NCBI RefSeq assembly: GCF_000284115.1
Contig: NC_017080.1
Span: 360,001 to 392,000 of the forward strand
DNA length: 32,000 nucleotides
Reading direction: 5' to 3'
DNA from: Phycisphaera mikurensis NBRC 102666
GTDB taxonomy: Bacteria; Planctomycetota; Phycisphaerae; Phycisphaerales; Phycisphaeraceae
Positions 1-7,332 of this stretch are shown here, one piece after another. Within the stretch, counting starts at the first letter, position 1. The number at the start of each line of letters is the position of its first letter. The translations under genes were made by a program, and so were the position numbers. Under the pieces are notes generated by a model that ran no database searches, was not told where the DNA came from, and saw only the letters and a program-made list of their open reading frames with translations.

Positions 1-37
1 GGACACCGGCGACGCGGTGAAGGACGCGATGGACTGA
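1..37 (+). CDS. 3' end of an upstream coding sequence (partial; ...DTGDAVKDAMD*)
   Basis: Open frame from base 2 to TGA at 35-37, followed 28 bp later by a terminator-like hairpin. Too short to identify. Confidence 0.35.
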   Translation, partial: DTGDAVKDAMD

Positions 38-65
38 TCCCGCTCCGGGATCCCGACGCCCCCGC

Positions 66-98
66 GGCCCGCTTTCCCCTTGGGGAGGCGGGCCTTTT
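66..98 (+). terminator. Rho-independent terminator for the gene ending at 37
   Basis: GGCCCGC (66-72) ... CCCC-TT-GGGG ... GCGGGCC (88-94), followed immediately by TTTT (95-98). Confidence 0.8.
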
Positions 99-208
99 CG
101 TTGCCAGCCTCTCGACCGGTGTCCCGGGGCCGATAAACTCGGTTCTTCCCGCCCGCAGGGCATCCCAACATCGCCCGGCGTGACCCGCCCCTCCCGATCG
201 CCAAGCCC

Positions 209-913
209 ATGCCCGGAATCAAGGACAAGATGACCGGCCTGCTCTCCAAGCTCCGCGGCGACAAGCCGGTGGCGCTGGACGTGGTGCGGAAGGACGACGG
301 CACCGAGGCACGCCGCGAGGTGACGATCGCCCAGCTGAAGGAGGGCTACGGCGAGGTCGTCGGCACGATGCAGGCCATCCGCGGCCACCTCGACGACCAG
401 AAGGTCCGCCAGGACCGCATGGAGCAGATGCTCTCGGGCCTGCCCGAGGTGCTGCGGGCGGTGCCCGAGGCGGCGCGGACGCAGACGCAGCTGGTGAAGG
501 CGATCGGGGCGCACCTCGAGACGCAATCCGCGGCGACGGGGCAGCTGACCGAGGCGATCCACGGGCTCTCGAACAACAGCCGCAAGCAGGACCAGACGCT
601 GGAGGGCATCGCGGAGCACCTCGTCGAGGAGCGAGAGACCAAGCGGGAGCTGAACACCAGCGTGCTCTCGCTCAACGCCGCCATGGAGGGCGTGGAGGCG
701 AGCAACCTCGCCGCCCGCGACGCGCTCGCGGCGAGCCGCGAGGAGGCCCAGCGACGCGAGGAGCGCCTCGTCCAGATGCACCAGCGCGGCCAGCGCAACA
801 ACACGCTGATGCTCGTCTTCGCCGCCGCGCTCTTTCTCGCCGTCATCGCCGCCGGCATCTGGCTCGTCAGCACGGGCGCCCTGACGCTCCCGGCGGCGCC
901 CGCGTCGGGGTGA
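209..913 (+). CDS. Hypothetical tail-anchored coiled-coil membrane protein
   Basis: 234-aa ORF; long charged, Gln-rich helical region, then a single hydrophobic segment near the C-terminus (NNTLMLVFAAALFLAVIAAGIWLVS). Confidence 0.8.
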   Translation: MPGIKDKMTGLLSKLRGDKPVALDVVRKDDGTEARREVTIAQLKEGYGEVVGTMQAIRGHLDDQKVRQDRMEQMLSGLPEVLRAVPEAARTQTQLVKAIGAHLETQSAATGQLTEAIHGLSNNSRKQDQTLEGIAEHLVEERETKRELNTSVLSLNAAMEGVEASNLAARDALAASREEAQRREERLVQMHQRGQRNNTLMLVFAAALFLAVIAAGIWLVSTGALTLPAAPASG

Positions 914-1078
914 TCGTGCGGTTCCTGCTCCGCCGCGGGGTGTGACGCCGCGTGGCGTCCGTTTGCGCGGAACCTTGCGGGCGTGCCGGTCTCGGCGGGG
1001 CCACCGGTACACTCCGCCGCGCGCCGGCTGTTCTTGTTTTCGGCCGGGCGAGATCCCGTTCGAAAGGAAGACCTCCCC

Positions 1079-1525
1079 ATGGCTGAATCCGGCGAAACCA
1101 CTGTCATCGGCTCCGACTCGCACTTCAAGGGCGAGCTGACCTTCGAGAAGACGGCCAAGATCGTTGGACGCTTCGAGGGCACGATCGTCGGCAAGGGCGA
1201 GCTCAACGTCGTCAACAGCGCCGAGTGCCGGGCGGACGTCTCCGCCGCCGTCGCCAACGTCGACGGCACCATCGAGGGCAACGTCGACGCGGACGACACG
1301 GTCCGGCTCAACGCCAACGGGACGGTCCGCGGCGACGTGACCGCGGCGAAGATGGTGATGGCCGAAGGCGCGAGCTTCTACGGCATGTGCAACGTGGGCC
1401 CGGACGCCAAGAAGAGCGGCGGGCGTTCGTCGGCTCCCGCGAGCACCCCGCCGAGCCCGCCGCCGAGCGGCGGCGGCGGGAACAGCCCCGGCGGCGGCTC
1501 CGGCGGCGGCAACGACAAGAAGTAG
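1079..1525 (+). CDS. Bactofilin (polymer-forming cytoskeletal protein)
   Basis: MAESGETTVIGSDSHFKGELTFEKTAKIVGRFEGTIVGKGELNVVNSAECRADVSAAVANVDGTIEGNVDADDTVRL... is a typical bactofilin beta-helix repeat. ATG at 1079 is preceded by GGAAG; the track start at 983 is probably too far upstream. Confidence 0.92.
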   Translation: MAESGETTVIGSDSHFKGELTFEKTAKIVGRFEGTIVGKGELNVVNSAECRADVSAAVANVDGTIEGNVDADDTVRLNANGTVRGDVTAAKMVMAEGASFYGMCNVGPDAKKSGGRSSAPASTPPSPPPSGGGGNSPGGGSGGGNDKK

Positions 1526-1576
1526 GCCCGCGGCGGAGCCGGGCGCGCAGGACCTCCTCCCGCCGAGGCGGCGGGG

Positions 1577-2227
1577 GTGCCCTGCGCCCGGCCCGCCCGC
1601 CGACGCTCGGTGTTTTCTTCCGCGCCGGCTTCCCCGCCCGCCGCTCGCTCCCCGCTCCTGCCCTTGGCCAAAGCCGCCGGCCCCAGGTTGGTCCAGTGCT
1701 ACCTGTGCGGACACCGCTTCGAGGTGTCCGGGCGGGCGCAATCCACGTCGTGCCCGGGCTGCAACCGGGCGGTCCGCGTCGCGGACGAGACGCTGGGCAC
1801 CGGCAAGCGGCGCGGCCCGATCCGCGAGCTCCGCACGTGCGGCCGGATCGTGATCGGCAAGCGGGCCCGCCTCATCTGCGAGCACGTCGAGGCGCACGGC
1901 GGGCTCGAGTGCCTCGGCATCCTCGACGCGCGCGACGTCGTCCTCGGCGGCGGGGGCCTGCGCCTCGGTCCCAAGGCGGAGTTCAAGGGCGAGCTGCACG
2001 CCCCCTCGGTGGAGATGGAGGCGGGCGCCAGGGTGCATCCTTCGCCTTTCGCGGTGCCCAGCGACCCACGCGGGCTGACGGACCCCGCGGGCGGGAAGCC
2101 GGCGCCGAAGACCCGGCCGGGCACGAGCGGGGCGGCTCCGGGGGAGGCGGCGGAAGCAGAGATCGATCCGCTCACCGGGAAGAAGCCGCCGAAGGTGGCG
2201 CGGACACGCGGGCACCGGCCGGGCTGA
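1577..2227 (+). CDS. Bactofilin-like protein with N-terminal zinc ribbon
   Basis: CYLCGHRF...STSCPGCNRAV (two CxxC knuckles), then bactofilin-like repeats (RTCGRIVIGKRARLICEHVEAHGGLECLGILDARDVVLGGGGLRLGPKAEFKGELHAPSVEME). Exact start uncertain. Confidence 0.75.
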   Translation: MPCARPARRRSVFSSAPASPPAARSPLLPLAKAAGPRLVQCYLCGHRFEVSGRAQSTSCPGCNRAVRVADETLGTGKRRGPIRELRTCGRIVIGKRARLICEHVEAHGGLECLGILDARDVVLGGGGLRLGPKAEFKGELHAPSVEMEAGARVHPSPFAVPSDPRGLTDPAGGKPAPKTRPGTSGAAPGEAAEAEIDPLTGKKPPKVARTRGHRPG

Positions 2228-2276
2228 CGGTCCGGATCTCGCCCGGTGCCGCTCGGGGCCCCGCGTGGGGCGCACG

Positions 2277-2300
2277 AAAAAGCCGCCCGTGCGGGCGGCT
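2277..2300 (-). terminator. Rho-independent terminator downstream of the FlgM-like gene
   Basis: On the minus strand: AGCCGCCCG/CGGGCGGCT stem (2281-2300) followed by TTTTT; it lies just after the stop of the 2332-2625 minus CDS. Confidence 0.8.
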
Positions 2301-2331
2301 CGCTCGCCGGCTCGGGGTGCCGGGCGCGGGC

Positions 2332-2625
2332 TCAGGCCCAGTCGCCGAGGATCGCGTCGATGGCTTGCTCGATGCGGTCTTCGGAGTCGTAGGTGCCCTC
2401 GGCGATCTGGCGGCGGGCTTCAGCGACCAGGTCCTCGCGGACGGGCAAGTCCTTCAGGCGGGCGGTGAGGGTCGCTTCGCGGGCTTCGGCGGAGACGTCC
2501 ACGCGGTCGGCACCGCGGGTGACGCCCGCGGGCGTCGCGTCGTTGACGCGGCGGGGCTTCGCGGCGGCGTCGTAGGAGACCGGGCCGGCGGGGTCGGGGC
2601 GGCCGATGGGTGCAAAATCGCTCAT
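2332..2625 (-). CDS. FlgM-like anti-sigma-28 family protein
   Basis: 97 aa; ...ADRVDVSAEAREATLTARLKDLPVREDLVAEARRQIAEGTYDSEDRIEQAIDAILGDWA matches the FlgM C-terminal pattern (VR.D.V...R..IA.GTY). Confidence 0.75.
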   Translation of the reverse strand: MSDFAPIGRPDPAGPVSYDAAAKPRRVNDATPAGVTRGADRVDVSAEAREATLTARLKDLPVREDLVAEARRQIAEGTYDSEDRIEQAIDAILGDWA

Positions 2626-2962
2626 GAGGTGGGAGCCTTCTTGGGGGGGCGGGGAGGGTGGGGGTGGGGCGGGTTGCCCGGGGTCGCGGCGGGCTGGGCC
2701 GCCTCGCCGGTCGGTTCATCCGCGGTCTGTCTTTATCGACGCGGGGAACTTTTTCCTTGAAGGATGAACGCTGGTTCCTCCTGATGTCGACATGAAGGCT
2801 TAAATCGCTTCCGGTCAAATGGTTGCGAGAAGCGTAGCGGGCTATCGCCGCGACCGCCGATAACGCGGAACGGGCGGCGAAACTGGAACAAACCTTTATC
2901 GGGTAACGTTTTATAGATCTGGAGCGTCCGGAAGGTCCGCTCCACTCCACCCGGAAGAAAAT

Positions 2963-3850
2963 TCAGATTCTGTTTGGGGGGGGTGTTCCCCGATGGCCTG
3001 TTCCTGCCTGCGTGGCCGCTTCCGCCACGGCGGCCGCGGTGGCGAGCGCCTGGCGGTGGGCGGCGACGTCGTGCACGCGGAACACCCCGACGCCCGCGGC
3101 CAGCCCGAGCACGGCGACCGCGAGGGAGCCGGGCAGGCGGCCGTCCGGCGAGACCGCCGACGGGTCGAGCGGGGCCAGGAAGCTCTTGCGGCTCGCTCCC
3201 AGCAGCACCGGGTGGCCCTCGGCGACGAGGCGGGGCAGCGCGGCGAGGAGGGTGAGGTTGTGGGCGAGCGTCTTCCCGAAGCCGATGCCCGGGTCGAGCC
3301 AGACCTCCCGCACGCCGGCGGCCAGCGCCGCGGCGGCCCGGGCCCGCAGGTGGTCCGCGACCTCGGCGGCGACGTCCGCGTATGCGGGCTTCCGCTGCAT
3401 CACCGCGGGCTCCCCACGCTTGTGCATGAGCACCATCGGGAGTTTCCGCTCCGCGGCGACCCCGAACATCGCCGGGTCGTCCTCGCCCGCGGAGACGTCG
3501 TTGAGCAGCGTGGCCCCGGCGTCCGCGGCGGCCTCGGCGACGGCGGCGCGGGTGGTGTCGACGCTGATCGTGACCGACGGCCCGCCGCGTGGCAGCGCCT
3601 CGGCGAGCCCGCGGATCACGGGCACCACGCGGCGGATCTGCTCGCCCGCGGGCACCCGCTCGGCACCGGGCCGCGTCGACTCCCCGCCGACGTCCAGGAT
3701 CGTGGCGCCCTCCCCGGCCATCTTCAGGCCGGCGGCGACGGCGGCCTCCGCATCGGCGAAGCGCCCGCCGTCGGAGAAGCTGTCCGGCGTCGCGTTGAGG
3801 ATGCCCATCAGCCGGAAGGGCGGCGGCGGGCCGTGCGGGAGGTCGCTCAT
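2963..3850 (-). CDS. folP: Dihydropteroate synthase
   Basis: LMGILNATPDSFSDGGRF..., ILDVGGESTRPGA, WLDPGIGFGKTLAHNL, VLLGASRKSFL. Start reassigned to MSDLPHG at 3850; the track's 4225 start is spurious. Confidence 0.95.
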   Translation of the reverse strand: MSDLPHGPPPPFRLMGILNATPDSFSDGGRFADAEAAVAAGLKMAGEGATILDVGGESTRPGAERVPAGEQIRRVVPVIRGLAEALPRGGPSVTISVDTTRAAVAEAAADAGATLLNDVSAGEDDPAMFGVAAERKLPMVLMHKRGEPAVMQRKPAYADVAAEVADHLRARAAAALAAGVREVWLDPGIGFGKTLAHNLTLLAALPRLVAEGHPVLLGASRKSFLAPLDPSAVSPDGRLPGSLAVAVLGLAAGVGVFRVHDVAAHRQALATAAAVAEAATQAGTGHRGTPPPNRI

Positions 3851-3949
3851 CCCCGCATTGTGCGGTTCGCGCCGCCGGAGGCGGCGCAGCGGCCCGGCGG
3901 CGGGTGCTGGCAATTGACCCGGCGGCCTCGCCCGCCCGATAGGCGGGCC

Positions 3950-4498
3950 ATGCTGTCCCTGCGTGAACCGCCCGACTTCACCCGGCTCCAAGCCGAGGCC
4001 GAGCGCCTCGCGGACAACGAGGCGAGCAGCCTGCCGCCCAACCGCCGGCGTGACGCGCGGCGGCCGGTCCGCGGCGTCGTGCTCGCGGGCACGATCCCCG
4101 GCCCCTGCGAGCGGCTGACGCTGGGGCGGATCCCGGTCTCGGTCTTCAAGCCGGCCTGGGGCGGCTGGGCCGTCGACCTCGCCGTCTCGGGCATGGCGAT
4201 CGTGACCGAGCGGCGGCTTCCCCAAGCCGATCGCTGGTGGCTGCGCCTCGACGACTTCGCCACCCGCCCCACCATCCTGCCCGCCTTCGTCGCCGGCTGC
4301 CGCCCGCTGGAATCGCTCGCGGGCGAGCCCGGTGCCGCGGCATCCCCCGGCGAGGGGCTCGCCGCCCCGGCCGGCGCACCGCTGTACCGCATCCGCTTCA
4401 AGTTCCAGATCAGCCAGGCGGGCCTCGCCCGGCGGCTCCGCCTCGACGAGTGGGAAGCCTCCCTCACCGACCGGGCGCCCGAGGCCGCCGCCGCTTGA
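3950..4498 (+). CDS. Conserved hypothetical protein (182 aa)
   Basis: MLSLREPPDFTRLQAEAERLADNEASSLPPNRR...; in-frame part of ORF 2993-4498, divergent from folP, non-repetitive globular-looking sequence. Confidence 0.7.
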   Translation: MLSLREPPDFTRLQAEAERLADNEASSLPPNRRRDARRPVRGVVLAGTIPGPCERLTLGRIPVSVFKPAWGGWAVDLAVSGMAIVTERRLPQADRWWLRLDDFATRPTILPAFVAGCRPLESLAGEPGAAASPGEGLAAPAGAPLYRIRFKFQISQAGLARRLRLDEWEASLTDRAPEAAAA

Positions 4499-4567
4499 GC
4501 CCGCCAGCGCCCGGCGGGCCGCTGGAGGCCCTCGCCCGCCGCCCCGACGGGGCCGTGCGGCGGCCCG

Positions 4568-6025
4568 CTAGACCTCCACGCGCTCCCAACGCCCCTTGAA
4601 GAAGAAGGCGATGAAGGCCGCCCCGCGCAGCGCCAGCTCGCCGCACAGGCCGTACCAGACGCCGACGAGGCCCCAGCCGAGGTACCACCCGAAGAAGGCG
4701 CAGGCCGGCAGCCGGAAGCCCCAGGTCAGCGCGTTGGTCAGCAGCATCGGTGTGCGGGTGTCGCCCGCCCCACGCATCGCGGCCCCCAGGATGATCGAGC
4801 TGCCGAAGCCGAACTGGACGAAGCCGCAGATCCGGACCAGGCGGGGGGACAGCTCCAGCAGCTCGGGCTGATCGGTCACGAGCCGGACGAAGAAGCCCGG
4901 CACGGCGACGAAGGCGACCCCCAGGAGCGTCATCGCCCCGGCCCCGGCGAGCCAGCAGGCGATGGCGGCCCGCTTCGCCCTCGCCCGGTCGCCGGCGCCG
5001 AGGAACTGCCCGGTCAGCGTCGACGCGGCCGCGGCCAGGGCCATCGCCGGCAGGAAGGAGAGCGCCTCGATGCGGATCGCCACGATGTGCGCCCCCTGGT
5101 ACGCGTCCTCGCCGAGGTCGCGGGCGATCCAGCCCACCAGCACGATGATCGCGAAGTTGCCCAACCAGTGGCCGAGCCCCTCGCCCACGCTGGGGATCGC
5201 GATGCGGACGATCCGGCGCAGCAGCTCTCGGCGGGGGGCGAGGCGGCGCCACCTCAGCTGCAGCAGGCCCGGGCGGAGCAGCACGGCGAGGATCAGAGCC
5301 GCGCCGACCGCCGTTCCGCCCGCCGTTCCCCAGGCGATGCCCAGCACGCCGAGCCCGCGGCCGGGCACCGCCCACTCGGTGCCCGCGAGCGTGAAGCTCC
5401 AGGGCCCCAGAGCGAGGTAGAGCGTCAGCAGGATGTTCGCCGCGTTGAAGGCCACCATCGCGAAGAAGGGCGTCCGCGTGTCGCCGGCCGCGGTGAGGCA
5501 GGCGTTGCCGATGAAGAGGACGGCCGTGAGCGGCGCGGCGGCGGCGATCACGCGGAGATACTGCGTGGCGAGCACGCGGCTGGCCTCGTCGAGCTGCGCG
5601 AGCCGCCCGATCGCGTCGGCCCCCAGGAAGACCGCGGCGCCCACCGCGGCCGACCAGCCGACGGCCAGCAGGATCGCCTGCCCCAGCGCCCGGTTGCCCA
5701 GCCGCCGGTCGCCGCCGCCGATCGCCCGCGCGATCAGCGCCGCCGCCCCCGAGCCCGCGGCGGAGGTCATCAGCACCAGGAACCACCCGAAGTACGCGGC
5801 GATCGCGATCGCGTTGGTGGCCTCCACCGAGAGCCGGCCCGCCACGGCGGTGTCGATGAAGGACACCAGCCAAGCGAGCAGCTGCTGGAGGAAGGGCCAG
5901 AAGGCCAGGGTCACGACCTGCGCGGCGAGGCCCCTTTGGAGCAGCGGCTGGACGGCGGACGCCGCGTCCGCGTCCGCGGCCGGTGCCGGTGCGTCGTCCG
6001 GGGCGTGCTCGGCGGGTCGTGTCAT
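4568..6025 (-). CDS. MATE family efflux transporter
   Basis: 485 aa, about 12 hydrophobic segments; LVSFIDTAVAGRLSVEATNAIAIA, GAGDTRTPMLLTNALTWGFRLPACAFFGW, WYGLCGELALRG. Confidence 0.93.
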   Translation of the reverse strand: MTRPAEHAPDDAPAPAADADAASAVQPLLQRGLAAQVVTLAFWPFLQQLLAWLVSFIDTAVAGRLSVEATNAIAIAAYFGWFLVLMTSAAGSGAAALIARAIGGGDRRLGNRALGQAILLAVGWSAAVGAAVFLGADAIGRLAQLDEASRVLATQYLRVIAAAAPLTAVLFIGNACLTAAGDTRTPFFAMVAFNAANILLTLYLALGPWSFTLAGTEWAVPGRGLGVLGIAWGTAGGTAVGAALILAVLLRPGLLQLRWRRLAPRRELLRRIVRIAIPSVGEGLGHWLGNFAIIVLVGWIARDLGEDAYQGAHIVAIRIEALSFLPAMALAAAASTLTGQFLGAGDRARAKRAAIACWLAGAGAMTLLGVAFVAVPGFFVRLVTDQPELLELSPRLVRICGFVQFGFGSSIILGAAMRGAGDTRTPMLLTNALTWGFRLPACAFFGWYLGWGLVGVWYGLCGELALRGAAFIAFFFKGRWERVEV

Positions 6026-6293
6026 GGCGGATCCGCGGACGGCCGACCTTCTGCAGCAGGAGCCGCGACGGTCCGCGGCAAGCTACGCCCGCGGCACGCG
6101 GCCCGGGGAAGCCGCCCGCCGACGGCCGCTCTTGCATCAAGAGGATCCCCTTCCGCATCGGTCGAGACGCCGGAGCGATCCGAGGGCGCGTGCCGGCGCT
6201 GCGAGCGCGACACGCCGCCGGCCCGCGTGGCGGCTCAGTCCCCCGTGGCGGCGGCTCGGGCTTCAACGGCCGCGGAGCGCCCGCCGCGTCGCC

Positions 6294-7049
6294 TCAGCGC
6301 TCGCGCACGGCCGAGGGTCCCGACAGCGAAGCGTCCAGCGCCGCCATCCGGGCCTCGACCCGCTCCGCCACCGCCAGCCCGGAATCGAGTTCGGCCCGCA
6401 CGGCGAGCAGCTCGCCCTCCATCGGCCGGCGGAGCTTCGCCGTCTGCATCCGGTCGAGCATGAGCCCCAGGGCGTGTACCCCGGAGGCGACCTCGGCGAT
6501 CAGCCCGGCGCGGCTGCCGTCGAGCTCCTCCTTCACCTCCTCGGTGTGCAGCTGCTCCTTCGCCTGGTGGATCCGCAGCGAGCGGGCGAGCGCGTTCACC
6601 GACGCGCTCATCAGGCGCTCGGCGGTTCCGGCCATCGCCGCGTCGACCTCGAAGCCCTCGCCCGCCACGCCCGCGTCGAGGCGGCCGCGGAGCTTGCGGA
6701 GGGCATCGGCGAGGCGGGCGCCCTCGCTGTCGCCGTGCCCGATCAAGCGCCGCCCCAGCTCGCGGAGCAGCTGGCGCTGCCCGCCATCGGCCTCGTCGAG
6801 CAGGCCCGCCCGCGCCTCGGCGGCGATCCGCTGCCGGCCGAACACGAACCAGCCGGCGGCCACGGCCGCGGGCACGGCCCACGCGAGCAGGCCCACGCCC
6901 GCCGCGGCGGCGAGGCCGCCGCCGCCGAGCAGCCCCACCGTGACGGCGGCCGCCGTCACCAGCCCGGCCGCCGCCGCCGCGCTCAGCACCGATCGACGCA
7001 GCAGCCACCGCTTGAGGAACCGTCGGCGGAAGCGATCGGAGGTCGTCAC
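6294..7049 (-). CDS. Hypothetical membrane protein with two N-terminal TM segments and a C-terminal helical domain
   Basis: 251-aa ORF; two hydrophobic segments (residues ~20-70), then charged helical sequence; plausible start MTTSDRFRRRFLKRW. Confidence 0.7.
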   Translation of the reverse strand: MTTSDRFRRRFLKRWLLRRSVLSAAAAAGLVTAAAVTVGLLGGGGLAAAAGVGLLAWAVPAAVAAGWFVFGRQRIAAEARAGLLDEADGGQRQLLRELGRRLIGHGDSEGARLADALRKLRGRLDAGVAGEGFEVDAAMAGTAERLMSASVNALARSLRIHQAKEQLHTEEVKEELDGSRAGLIAEVASGVHALGLMLDRMQTAKLRRPMEGELLAVRAELDSGLAVAERVEARMAALDASLSGPSAVRER

Positions 7050-7332
7050 GGGCGGACACTAAGGAGCAGTCTCGGGCGGAAGCCGCCCGGCGGGCGGCGT
7101 GCGGGCGCGGACCCGCCCCTTCTCGGACTATCCTCCGCTCCGCGTTCTTCCCCCGGAGCGCCCGGGCAACTCGGCGGCCAGATCCGCTGGACCGGGAGGC
7201 CGCAAACGCCGAAAGCAACGCAGCCGGCGCCCCCAGCAGCGGGAGCGGAAGGCGTCAGGGGCGAACCCCTCGCCCGGTCCCCCCGTTAGATCCTCACCCC
7301 GTAAGGCCACGGGCGTGCCGAGACCACCTTCC

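Noticed and set aside
5087-7289. 458-aa and 618-aa plus-strand ORFs (5087-6463, 5433-7289)
   Set aside because: Antisense to the MATE transporter and the 6294-7049 gene; no domain signatures.
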